A stretch of DNA of 32,000 nt, taken from assembly GCF_000018785.1 (NCBI RefSeq), contig NC_010163.1, positions 1,230,001-1,262,000 on the forward strand. The letters are read 5' to 3'. The DNA comes from Acholeplasma laidlawii PG-8A (GTDB lineage: Bacteria; Bacillota_I; Bacilli_A; Acholeplasmatales; Acholeplasmataceae). Positions 1 to 8,328 of the stretch are shown in pieces; the first letter of the stretch is position 1, and every line of letters starts with the position of its first letter. The position numbers and the translations under genes were made by a program. Below the pieces are notes generated by a model. It ran no database searches. It was given only the letters and a program-made list of their open reading frames with translations, and was not told the origin of the DNA.

Positions 1-81
1 AAATGCTGGGTTATCTACCATTAAACGAAACGCAAGTCTACCAATACGACCAAATCCGTTAATTGCTACTTTGATAGCCAT
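1..81 (-). CDS. gap: Glyceraldehyde-3-phosphate dehydrogenase, first 27 codons only (the gene continues off the left edge)
   Basis: The reverse complement of 1-81 reads MAIKVAINGFGRIGRLAFRLMVDNPAF, which carries the INGFGRIGR NAD-binding signature of GAPDH. A GGAGG RBS (complement of 90-94) lies 8 nt upstream of the ATG at 79-81. Confidence 0.85.
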   Translation of the reverse strand, partial: MAIKVAINGFGRIGRLAFRLMVDNPAF

Positions 82-170
82 ATGTAATTCCTCCTAATAT
101 TTTGATTTTTATTCACTACTATTTTATCATAATAATTTTATTATGCTCATATTTTAGGATATTTTCGAAT

Positions 171-184
171 TGTAAACGTTTACT
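171..184. promoter_or_regulatory. cre-like / LacI-family operator-like palindrome upstream of gap
   Basis: TGTAAACGTTTACT contains the perfect 12-bp palindrome GTAAACGTTTAC. It matches the Firmicute cre consensus TGWAANCGNTNWCA at 13 of 14 positions and lies about 90-100 nt upstream of the gap ATG. Confidence 0.45.
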
Positions 185-251
185 TACCATAATCCCCATT
201 ATTTAAAATTTATTGCAACTATGATATAATTATTACAAGAGGTATATTATA

Positions 252-809
252 ATGCACATGAATGTAGAAATTGAATTTAAAACACGCATCACTAAAGAAA
301 AATATGATGAACTTATTGATATATTTGAATTAGACCAAAATGTTTTCAAACAAACTAACTACTATTTTGATACACCTGACCTTGATTTAAACAAACGCTC
401 TATGGTCCTTAGAATCAGACATAAAAGAGACGCTTTTAAATTAACGTTAAAGTCTCAAAGTGAAACAGGTTCATTCGAGTATCATGTCTTAATTGATGCT
501 GAACAAGCTGAAAAGATGAAAAAGGATGGATTCCATACAAAAGAATTCTTCGAACAAATTGATTATCATGTATATTTTCAGACATCATTAGACAACTTTA
601 GAGCATCTACACCTTACATGGGTGGTATTCTATTCTTAGATTATAATGAGTATTGCGGTAGAACCGATTACGAACTTGAATATGAAGCAGATCATTTTGA
701 AACTGGTTTAGAAATCTTTAACAAGATGTTACACAAATTCAATATTGAATTTGAACAAACCAAGAGAAAAAGCGAACGTGCACTACTTTGTATTGTACCA
801 ACTAAATAA
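252..809 (+). CDS. CYTH-domain protein (triphosphate tunnel metalloenzyme, YjbK-like)
   Basis: The N-terminal EIEFK sequence is the ExExK CYTH signature, and the size is about 185 aa. The start could be 252 or 258. A stem-loop plus T-run follows the gene. Confidence 0.75.
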   Translation: MHMNVEIEFKTRITKEKYDELIDIFELDQNVFKQTNYYFDTPDLDLNKRSMVLRIRHKRDAFKLTLKSQSETGSFEYHVLIDAEQAEKMKKDGFHTKEFFEQIDYHVYFQTSLDNFRASTPYMGGILFLDYNEYCGRTDYELEYEADHFETGLEIFNKMLHKFNIEFEQTKRKSERALLCIVPTK

Positions 810-820
810 ACACTTAACAA

Positions 821-852
821 ACGTTTAAACTTCTAAGTTTAGACGTTTTTTT
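821..852 (+). terminator. Rho-independent terminator of the CYTH gene
   Basis: A 10-bp stem (acgtttaaac / gtttagacgt, with one G-U pair) and a 6-nt loop are followed by a run of seven T. Confidence 0.7.
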
Positions 853-857
853 ATCAT

Positions 858-890
858 AAAAACACCTACTGATATCAAGTAGGTGTTTTT
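858..890. terminator. Bidirectional stem-loop terminator, serving the minus-strand NERD gene
   Basis: aaaaacacctact-gatatca-agtaggtgttttt forms a 13-bp perfect stem. Its A/T-run arms give a U-tract on either strand. Confidence 0.7.
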
Positions 891-926
891 ACATGGTGCT
901 ACTTAAGGTTCCCCGCCCTTAAACCA

Positions 927-1682
927 TCACTTTTGAATCAACTGGCTAACCTCACTTACGTGATTAGTCTTCGTTGATTGATCTTTCAATATGGCCGAAT
1001 TTAATCTAGACTTTATTTCATTTAACATGTCATCACTAAATATATCTGGTCCATGGGATAATATATCTTTTGTATATTTTATAGTATTTTTTGTCTGCAT
1101 CACAGGTGATGTGCTATCCACTTGGATTTTACTTAACTTACTTCGATTTGAAAAGCTAACCACTGGATAGACTGATTCAAATGGAATGGTTAAATAGTTT
1201 TCTAGTGCTTTATGGTGTGCATAGTTTTGCCTTAACGGATTATAAAACTTATGTTTACTAAAATAATTTAAAACTTGTGTCCAATAGGTATCTAGTTTAG
1301 AACCATAAATATAGCCCCCATAGTTTTTAACTTCGTATACAATTAAACCTTTTTTGCTGACAACTAATAGATCTAATTCTGTATGTGTTGTATTTAAACC
1401 TGGTAAATAAATATTTGTATATATTTCATCTTCTTTAACAAGTCTTTTAAGTTTACGGTATAACCTAAACTCACCCATATGACCTTTGTTAAAATAAGTT
1501 TTGAAAAAGCCATTACCTGACTTCTTCTTATAGCCACTTTGGTAGATAGTTATCACATCATAGATAAAACAAATGATTTTAATTAATAGGTTGATCGTAA
1601 ATATTGTCAGTGTTACAAGTAATGAGGCTACCCCTACAAACACATCTACAATATCTGCTTGTTTCTTTTTTCTTCGTGCCAT
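927..1682 (-). CDS. NERD (nuclease-related domain) protein with an N-terminal transmembrane anchor
   Basis: A hydrophobic helix (VFVGVASLLVTLTIFTINLLIKIICFIY) is followed by a NERD-like core: GEFRLYRKLKRL...IYLPG...ELDLLVVSKKGLIVYEVKNYGG. The gene has its own TATAAT and AGAGGG RBS in 1683-1740. Confidence 0.7.
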   Translation of the reverse strand: MARRKKKQADIVDVFVGVASLLVTLTIFTINLLIKIICFIYDVITIYQSGYKKKSGNGFFKTYFNKGHMGEFRLYRKLKRLVKEDEIYTNIYLPGLNTTHTELDLLVVSKKGLIVYEVKNYGGYIYGSKLDTYWTQVLNYFSKHKFYNPLRQNYAHHKALENYLTIPFESVYPVVSFSNRSKLSKIQVDSTSPVMQTKNTIKYTKDILSHGPDIFSDDMLNEIKSRLNSAILKDQSTKTNHVSEVSQLIQK

Positions 1683-1740
1683 CTTTTATGCCCTCTTTTC
1701 AAGTTATCTTTAATCGGTATGCTCATTATAGCGACATAAA

Positions 1741-1779
1741 AAATAAAAAAAAGATGTTGTGACAATACAGCAACATCTT
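1741..1779 (-). terminator. Rho-independent terminator of the HTH-membrane gene
   Basis: On the minus strand: aagatgttg-ctgtattgtca-caacatctt, followed by tttttttt. Confidence 0.7.
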
Positions 1780-1804
1780 CTATATGATTGTGACAATTAT
1801 TCAA

Positions 1805-2785
1805 CTATTTGTCTTGATAAAGCTTTTGAGGTGGTTTACCGTGGGCATCAAATATAATCTCATATTGATTATAGTACTTGGAGATATTGATAAAATCTAT
1901 AATGTTTAAACTATATAATAAACAGCTTAATATAAGTATAGGAATATTTAATGTAGTTGCAAACAACGTAAACAATATATAAACAAATTGAAACGAACTA
2001 AAACTTAAAAGTAATAGACTTAAATCATAGCCATCTAACTGATTATCATAGCGAACCACTTTAAATCTAAACGGTATGTGTGCGACAGATACTATTAAGA
2101 GCATCATTTGAAGCAGCATAACTACTATATAAAGACTCATGATATAAGCTATCGATGCCTCTAATTGAGTGAATAACAAGATACAAAATACTAACAGTAG
2201 AATCATCAGTATGAACATGATAATTCTACTGTAAATATTTAGTTTAACTGAAACTTGCTTAAGTGGTTTAGCTTCATAATATATATCATCAGTATAATTG
2301 ATAATAAACTGTTCTCTTCTTTTTAGATATCTAATAAGTATATATAAAGAAACAGTCAACATACCAAACACTACAATCATAAAATAATCACTATTTAATT
2401 TAATAATCTGTGCAACAAAAGATACTATTACAGATATAACTACGAATAAAAATATTAATATAACAGGTTTTCTTAAGAAAGGTTTATAGTTTAAAAATAG
2501 TTTTATTTTTTGTGGTATTTGAGGTTCAAATCCGGCTTCTACTGCACCGATTCTTAAAAGTTCATTTTTAGTGTAGTAAAGTTCATTAACACTTATATTA
2601 AAATATGAAGCCGCTTGATAAATATGTTCCGGACTCATGTTAGAAACACCACTTTTCCATTTAGATAAAAGTGTCCTATCTAAATCGTTTGCTAGTGCGT
2701 AAGCTGACATCGTAATACCTTTGGACTTCAAATGCTTAAAGAAGTTATCCTGAATAATTTCTTGTCTTCTTGTAATTTGATCCAT
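1805..2785 (-). CDS. XRE-family HTH domain fused to a polytopic membrane domain
   Basis: The N-terminal ~70 aa look like an XRE/Cro HTH (ITMSAYALANDLDRTLLSKWKSGVSNMSPEHIYQAASYFNISVNELY). About six long hydrophobic segments follow. Confidence 0.65.
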   Translation of the reverse strand: MDQITRRQEIIQDNFFKHLKSKGITMSAYALANDLDRTLLSKWKSGVSNMSPEHIYQAASYFNISVNELYYTKNELLRIGAVEAGFEPQIPQKIKLFLNYKPFLRKPVILIFLFVVISVIVSFVAQIIKLNSDYFMIVVFGMLTVSLYILIRYLKRREQFIINYTDDIYYEAKPLKQVSVKLNIYSRIIMFILMILLLVFCILLFTQLEASIAYIMSLYIVVMLLQMMLLIVSVAHIPFRFKVVRYDNQLDGYDLSLLLLSFSSFQFVYILFTLFATTLNIPILILSCLLYSLNIIDFINISKYYNQYEIIFDAHGKPPQKLYQDK

Positions 2786-2831
2786 TTAAAACCTCTCCAC
2801 ATAGTATCATTATAAAGTCATTGTACCATGA

Positions 2832-2865
2832 ATAAAAAAAGAATAACTCGTAAAAGTTATTCTTT
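2832..2865 (-). terminator. Rho-independent terminator of spx
   Basis: On the minus strand: aaagaataac-ttttacga-gttattcttt followed by ttttttt. The stem includes the TAA stop codon. Confidence 0.7.
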
Positions 2866-3318
2866 ATCAGTTTCATTTGTATCAATTGTTGCAAAATATC
2901 TGCTTAATGTGTCTTCGTAATGTGTAAAATCCTCCTCAGAGTTTTCTCTCATGATCATTTCACGTAATTTCTTAGGAATAAACACACGAATTTCTTCATC
3001 ATTATAACCTACTTGCATGCGTTTAGCATCCACGATAATTGGTCGTTTTAAAACAGATGGATGGTTAATAATGAAATTTTTAAGTTCAGATACAGACATA
3101 TCTTCTACTTCTAATTCTTGTTCTTTAAATACTTTAGAACGTGTTGAAATAATGTCATCAAATCCGTTTTCAGCGTGATGTAACATCATCTCAATGTCGG
3201 TATCATCTATGCGGTGGTTGAATAAATTCTTTTCCTCATATGCTACCTTATGCTCATCGAGCCACTTTTTTGCCTTACGACATGATGAGCAACTTGGAGT
3301 CGTATAAATTGTAATCAT
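2857..3318 (-). CDS. spx: Spx/ArsC-family redox-sensing transcriptional regulator
   Basis: MITIYTTPSCSSCRKAKKWL carries the CxxC switch. ISTRSKVF and LKRPIIVD..RMQVGYN are collinear with Bacillus Spx as recalled. The C-terminal tail is about 20 aa longer and acidic. Confidence 0.85.
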   Translation of the reverse strand: MITIYTTPSCSSCRKAKKWLDEHKVAYEEKNLFNHRIDDTDIEMMLHHAENGFDDIISTRSKVFKEQELEVEDMSVSELKNFIINHPSVLKRPIIVDAKRMQVGYNDEEIRVFIPKKLREMIMRENSEEDFTHYEDTLSRYFATIDTNETDKE

Positions 3319-3385
3319 CTTTAGTCTCCTCCTATCATGCTACTCTAATTATATAGGGCTAACGCCTTCAAGAGTGTCTACTGTT

Positions 3386-3414
3386 ATTATATAGTTTTGT
3401 CAAACAATTTACAA
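3386..3414 (-). promoter_or_regulatory. Putative sigma-A-type promoter of spx
   Basis: On the minus strand: TTGTAA, a 17-nt spacer, then TATAAT. Confidence 0.5.
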
Positions 3415-3502
3415 TAGTAAACCCGGAATTTATTTTTAACCTCAAACTGAAAACGTATTCATTAAACAAATGTGCATATAATAACTTGTTTTCTTTATAT
3501 TT

Positions 3503-3531
3503 TTGTATTTTATTGATATAATTACTATAAT
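3503..3531 (+). promoter_or_regulatory. Putative promoter of pepF
   Basis: TTGTAT (3503-3508), a 17-nt spacer, then TATAAT (3526-3531). The AAGGAG RBS and the ATG at 3554 follow. Confidence 0.55.
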
Positions 3532-3553
3532 TTATTTAAGGAGCGTGGACCAT

Positions 3554-5317
3554 ATGTCAAAATGGGATTTATCAGTCTTTTATCCAAATGATGAAGCATG
3601 GGAAAAAGATTTTAATTTATTAAAAACAGAGGTTGCTAAATTCAGTAATTTCAAAGGGAAACTAGGGAATTTTGATGATTTCTTAGCTTATCATAAATTC
3701 GATGAAGAAGTCACTAAACTCTTATACAAAGTATATGCATATGCACATTTAGCATCAGATTTAAACTTAAAAGATACTAAGAAAATGCAAATGAATCAAC
3801 AAGTTGGTTTAGTGTTATCCGAGTTAAATCAATTAACTTCATTCATCTCACCAGAGATTATTGACCTAGGAAAAGATACTGTGCTAGCATTTGTTGAAAA
3901 GGATGAATTCTTAAAACCATTTAAGTTTCCTTATGAAAAGTTATTTAGAGGTCAAGAACATATTCTAGATGCGAAGAGTGAACAGTTAATGTCTAACTTC
4001 TCACCAATTAAGAATATCCCTACTTCTTTATACCAAGCATTATCTACAATTGATCGTAAAGATGAAACAATTAAGTTATCAGATGGAAGTGATGTATTAG
4101 TTACTCAAGCTCAATTTAGAGCATTAATTGAAGATGCTAAAACACCTGAAGATAGAAAAGCAATTTTTGAATCTTTATATAGAAAATATGTAGATAATAA
4201 AACAGCATTTGCTGCAACATACAACTTAGTTTTACAATCTCTATCAGCAAATAATAAAAATAGAGGTTATGCATCCAGTTTAGATGCAGCACTCTTTAAC
4301 AATAATATTCCTACTTCAGTATTCCATAACTTAAAAGATACTGCATATGAAAATACACATACATTAAAACGTTATATTGAAATTAGAAAAAAAGCTTTAG
4401 GTATGGACGAGTACTTCACATATGATCGTTTCTTACCACTTGCAAAATCCGGTAAAAAATATCCATATGATGAAGCCAAAGCACTATTCCTAGAATCTAT
4501 TAAAAACTTCCCTAAAGAATTCGTTGATAACCAAAAAGATGCAATCAAAGATGGCTTTGTAGATGCACAACCTCAAGATGGTAAACGTAGTGGTGCTTAT
4601 TCTTCTGGTATGTATGGTCATCATCCATTTATCTTATTAAATCATAATGATACATTAGATGCAGTCTTTACCCTAGCACACGAAGCAGGACACTCAGCAC
4701 ACTCAATTTTCTCTGATGCTGCACAACCAATGGCTATTTCTAACTACACAATCTTTGTTGCAGAAATTGCATCAACATTTAATGAGCATGCTCTATTAGA
4801 TTACCTATTAGAAAAATCTAGTTCTAAACAAGAAAAGATTGAATTACTATCTTTAGCAATCGATAACATTCATTCAACCTTCTACCGTCAAACTTTATTT
4901 GCTACTTATGAATATGAAGCCAATAAACTTGTAAGTGAAGGGAAACCAGTCAATGAAAAAGCATTAAGCCAAATCATGATTGATTTATACCAACATTACT
5001 ATGGTTTAGATATTACTAAAGAACCTGGTAAACAATATGTTTGGGCATATATCCCTCACTTATTCTACACACCGTTTTACGTATACCAATATGCAACAGC
5101 ATTTAGTGCTTCATTAAAGATTTATGATAATGTTAAATCCAATGAACCTAAAGCATTTGATAACTATATTGCGATGTTAAAAACTGGTGGATCTATGTAT
5201 CCAGTAGATGAAGCAAAAATTGCTGGTGCAGATTTAACTAAGAAAGAATCTTTCCAAGCAGTCGTTAAACGTATGGAATCTTTATTAGATCAACTAGAAG
5301 CTTTATTAAACGAATAA
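3554..5317 (+). CDS. pepF: Oligoendopeptidase F (M3B zinc metallopeptidase)
   Basis: The HEAGH zinc motif (LAHEAGHSAHS) is present and the length is about 587 aa. The start is set at ATG 3554 (MSKWDL...) behind the AAGGAG RBS, because the track's TTG at 3503 lies inside the predicted promoter. Confidence 0.85.
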   Translation: MSKWDLSVFYPNDEAWEKDFNLLKTEVAKFSNFKGKLGNFDDFLAYHKFDEEVTKLLYKVYAYAHLASDLNLKDTKKMQMNQQVGLVLSELNQLTSFISPEIIDLGKDTVLAFVEKDEFLKPFKFPYEKLFRGQEHILDAKSEQLMSNFSPIKNIPTSLYQALSTIDRKDETIKLSDGSDVLVTQAQFRALIEDAKTPEDRKAIFESLYRKYVDNKTAFAATYNLVLQSLSANNKNRGYASSLDAALFNNNIPTSVFHNLKDTAYENTHTLKRYIEIRKKALGMDEYFTYDRFLPLAKSGKKYPYDEAKALFLESIKNFPKEFVDNQKDAIKDGFVDAQPQDGKRSGAYSSGMYGHHPFILLNHNDTLDAVFTLAHEAGHSAHSIFSDAAQPMAISNYTIFVAEIASTFNEHALLDYLLEKSSSKQEKIELLSLAIDNIHSTFYRQTLFATYEYEANKLVSEGKPVNEKALSQIMIDLYQHYYGLDITKEPGKQYVWAYIPHLFYTPFYVYQYATAFSASLKIYDNVKSNEPKAFDNYIAMLKTGGSMYPVDEAKIAGADLTKKESFQAVVKRMESLLDQLEALLNE

Positions 5318-5326
5318 TCTTTATAA

Positions 5327-5355
5327 TTGACTATTCAAACATAAAATTATACAAT
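5327..5355 (+). promoter_or_regulatory. Promoter of the trpS T-box leader
   Basis: TTGACT (5327-5332), a 17-nt spacer, then TACAAT (5350-5355). Confidence 0.6.
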
Positions 5356-5361
5356 ATGAAT

Positions 5362-5562
5362 AAGCAATGATAAGAACAAGTAACTACTAACTTTTTATTT
5401 AGAGACCTATAGCTTGGTGAAATATAGGAAAAACTTAGTCGTGAATGGACCTTGGAGCTTATACAACTACATATAAGTGCTAGATTTTTATCTAGAACTA
5501 AGGTGGTACCGCGAAATTACATTTCGTCCTTAGAAGTTTTATACTTTTAAGGACGATTTTTA
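5362..5562 (+). promoter_or_regulatory. T-box riboswitch (tRNA-Trp-responsive leader) of trpS
   Basis: All expected elements are present in order:
- AG bay AGAGA at 5401-5405
- distal loop GGTGAAA at 5416-5422
- specifier context GAA-UGG-A at 5443-5449 (UGG at 5446-5448)
- stem III ctagat/atctag around 5479-5496
- T-box sequence AAGGTGGTACCGCG at 5500-5513
- terminator tcgtcctta...taaggacga plus T-run at 5524-5562. Confidence 0.9.
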
Positions 5563-5580
5563 TTTATAGAAAGGAATTAT

Positions 5581-6588
5581 ATGATGAAAAGACTTGTATC
5601 AGGCATTAAACCAACCGGTGAGTTAACACTTGGTAACTACATTGGTGCAATCAAACAATTTGTTAAACTACAAAATGAATTACCAGATACCGAATTCTTT
5701 ATTTTTATTGCTGACCTACATGCAATAACAACCCCACAAGATAAGCAATTATTAAAAAAGAGAGTACGCGATATTGCAGCATACTATATCGCATGTGGAC
5801 TGGATCCAAACAGAGTGAACTTATTTGTTCAATCTGAGGTGATGGAACACGCTATGCTTGGTTACATTATGGAATCTACTGCTTATATTAATGAAATGGA
5901 GCGTATGATTCAGTTTAAAGAAAAGCGTACCTCACAAACTGAAGGCGTTCGAACTTCCCTTTTAACTTATCCAGCACTCATGGCTGCAGATATTTTACTA
6001 TATGATGCAAGTATCGTACCAGTTGGGGAAGACCAAACTCAGCACTTAGAACTTACAAGAACACTAGCTCAAAGATTTAATCACTTATATGGTGATACAT
6101 TCGTCATACCTGAAGGTCATGTTACTAAAGTTGGTGCTAAGATTAAAGACCTTCAAGAACCAACCAAAAAAATGAGTAAGTCTGAGGGCTTATCTCAAAA
6201 ATCTTATATTTTATTAGAAGATAATTTAAATCAAATTAAAAATAAGATCAAGTCTGCTGTAACAGATTCAGATACTAAGATATATTTTGATGAAGTCAAT
6301 AAACCAGGTATCTCTAACTTGCTTACAATTTATTCAGCAATTACAGATACACCAATGAGTGATATCGTGGATAAATACAAAGATGAAACATCTTATGCCG
6401 GCTTTAAATCTGATTTAGCTGAAATCGTTGCAGAACATATTGGTCAAATCCAAGAAAATTATAAAACTTTAATGGCTTCAAATACCTTAGACGATATATT
6501 AGATACGGGTGCTCAAAAAGCGTCCATGTATGCTCAAAGAAAAATTTTGAAAATCCTCTCGAAAATGGGCTTGAAAAGAAAAAAGTGA
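5581..6588 (+). CDS. trpS: Tryptophan--tRNA ligase
   Basis: Class I aaRS features are present: a TLGNY (HIGH-like) motif and KMSKS (KKMSKSE). The length is about 335 aa. The upstream T-box has a UGG specifier. The gene ends in TGA. Confidence 0.92.
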   Translation: MMKRLVSGIKPTGELTLGNYIGAIKQFVKLQNELPDTEFFIFIADLHAITTPQDKQLLKKRVRDIAAYYIACGLDPNRVNLFVQSEVMEHAMLGYIMESTAYINEMERMIQFKEKRTSQTEGVRTSLLTYPALMAADILLYDASIVPVGEDQTQHLELTRTLAQRFNHLYGDTFVIPEGHVTKVGAKIKDLQEPTKKMSKSEGLSQKSYILLEDNLNQIKNKIKSAVTDSDTKIYFDEVNKPGISNLLTIYSAITDTPMSDIVDKYKDETSYAGFKSDLAEIVAEHIGQIQENYKTLMASNTLDDILDTGAQKASMYAQRKILKILSKMGLKRKK

Positions 6589-6608
6589 TTTTATAATCAC
6601 TTTTTTTT
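6581..6608. terminator. Bidirectional terminator between trpS and the EAL gene
   Basis: aaaagtgatt-ttat-aatcactttt is followed by a T-run. The stem includes the trpS stop codon. Confidence 0.65.
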
Positions 6609-8232
6609 ATACCATATTTTTATAAAACGCTTCAAGGTCTTCTCTTTCTAGAGGTTTAGATAGGTAATAGCCTTGTACAATGTCACAGTTCATACTTTTA
6701 AGTATATTGAGTTGTTCTTTCGTTTCAACCCCTTCTGCAATAACTTTAATATTCAAATCATGTGCTAAGCTTATTAATTTTTCTATCATTTTTTGGTAAT
6801 TTGGCTTTGTTATATTTGTGATAAATGATCTATCCAGTTTAACAAAATCCATTGGTACATTGACTAGGTGTATTAATGAATTGTACCCAGTACCAAAATC
6901 ATCTAATGATATTTTAATGCCCATCTGTCTAAATTCTTTAAAAAGCTCTATGACTCTTTGACTTTTATCAAGTACACTTCTTTCAGTAACTTCTAGTTCT
7001 ATTAAAGAAGGGTCAATCTCACAATCAGTTAATATATGCTTAATGAATGAAGTAAAACCATCATGATTAAAATCTCTCGGGGATATATTGATGGATGCTT
7101 TAATTTCAAGTCCTACGGATTTTAGGTACTTTAATTCTTCGATTACTCTCCTTATAACGATTCTTGTTATTTCCGTCATAAGCCCTGCTTCTTCAGCAAC
7201 TGGTATGAACACTAAAGGACTAATTGTACCCTTAAATGGGTGGTGCCATCTTAATAGCGCTTCTACACTTTTATGTCCCTCACCCTTTAGACATATTTTA
7301 GGTTGATATACTAAGTGAAATTGATCATTTTTTATTGCATGAAGTAATTCAGGTATAAGCTCACCATGCAATTTACTTCTTCTTTCCATTTCATCATCAA
7401 ATTCATGAATACCAAAGTCATTAGTTGTTTGATCTAAAATCATAGCTGATTTTTTTAATGCATCATGGGCATCTTTTATGTGTACTGGATATTGAACAAT
7501 ACTTCCATTTAATAAGATTCCTATTCTATATTTGTCTATTTGGATGGAATCAGCAGTCTGATTAATTAGATCATTTCCTATCCCAAGCGCGTAGCTATAA
7601 TCCGAGGATGGGATAATTGCTGTAATTTCATTAGAACTTATAGAATAAACCATGTTTTTATGATTATCCGAAAGCATTTCAGATATTTTAATTAAAACCT
7701 TAGTCCCAATTTCATAGGTCATATTTTGTCTAATACTATTCATATTAACAATTCTAAATCCTAATAATGAAAACGGTGTTTTAGATTCAATAAATTCATC
7801 TAAATCATATTTTAATTTATTCATGTTAGGGTAGTTTGTTATACTACTAACATATAATCTTTCAAGTTCCAATTTTTGATATGCCTTTATTTGTTTATTT
7901 AATAAGGCGTTGATAGCACCAATTGCTATAAATATAACCACTCTAAATACCCAAGTCGTAGCCGGTTGCATAATCTCTGCCTGAACATCTTGTGGCATAA
8001 AGGGACCAAGGATTAAGCCTGAAATAAGCGCAATCACAATGGTTTGCCAAAAGCCTAATGCATATCCTGCAATTAGAATTGGTATATACATCAGGTGGGT
8101 ATAAGAATATCTTGAACCACCAAAAATATAGACAATTAAAGCAACAACTACAACCATTAATAAGATTATCAGCCATTTTGTAAAGGAACTATATGTAAAC
8201 TTTGAATTCTTGTTTAAAAAGTTATTAAGCAT
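6607..8232 (-). CDS. Membrane-anchored protein with a degenerate GGDEF domain and an EAL domain (putative c-di-GMP phosphodiesterase)
   Basis: The N-terminus has about four TM helices. The central GGDEF-like fold carries SSNEI where GGDEF is expected. The EAL domain has EALLRW, DDFGTGYNSL, KLDRSF, IAEGVET and QGYYLSKP. Confidence 0.8.
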   Translation of the reverse strand: MLNNFLNKNSKFTYSSFTKWLIILLMVVVVALIVYIFGGSRYSYTHLMYIPILIAGYALGFWQTIVIALISGLILGPFMPQDVQAEIMQPATTWVFRVVIFIAIGAINALLNKQIKAYQKLELERLYVSSITNYPNMNKLKYDLDEFIESKTPFSLLGFRIVNMNSIRQNMTYEIGTKVLIKISEMLSDNHKNMVYSISSNEITAIIPSSDYSYALGIGNDLINQTADSIQIDKYRIGILLNGSIVQYPVHIKDAHDALKKSAMILDQTTNDFGIHEFDDEMERRSKLHGELIPELLHAIKNDQFHLVYQPKICLKGEGHKSVEALLRWHHPFKGTISPLVFIPVAEEAGLMTEITRIVIRRVIEELKYLKSVGLEIKASINISPRDFNHDGFTSFIKHILTDCEIDPSLIELEVTERSVLDKSQRVIELFKEFRQMGIKISLDDFGTGYNSLIHLVNVPMDFVKLDRSFITNITKPNYQKMIEKLISLAHDLNIKVIAEGVETKEQLNILKSMNCDIVQGYYLSKPLEREDLEAFYKNMV

Positions 8233-8328
8233 ACAATCACCTGTTATTTTCTATAATAAAAAAATATGTCTGTTGCCCTCTTGATTATGTTTATTATACT
8301 ACATATTTTAAAACCTTAGATATATTTG

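Noticed and set aside
902-921. A locally GC-rich segment (ttaaggttccccgcccttaa) just after the NERD stop.
   Set aside because: It forms only a 6-bp stem. It sits immediately upstream, in transcript terms, of a much stronger terminator hairpin. It is most likely part of the 3' UTR and not a separate element.
3503-3553. N-terminal extensions offered by the ORF track. These cover pepF (TTG 3503), the LacI gene (GTG 11758), rpsD (21198) and the lipoprotein (31420). They also cover the YlbG-like gene (14400), the crtM-like gene (TTG 29363) and tpiA (TTG 26808).
   Set aside because: In each case an internal ATG sits at proper distance behind a strong AGGAG-type RBS. The resulting N-terminus matches the canonical one (MSRFTGS for S4, MKKIILA plus lipobox, MSNATIYDVA for the HTH). 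The extension would run through predicted promoter or operator sequence.
7088-8176. Small ORFs inside the EAL gene: 7088-7306 on the + strand and 7943-8176 on the - strand in an alternative frame.
   Set aside because: Both are nested within the 541-aa GGDEF-like/EAL CDS. The Cys-rich and odd composition is typical of out-of-frame translation.
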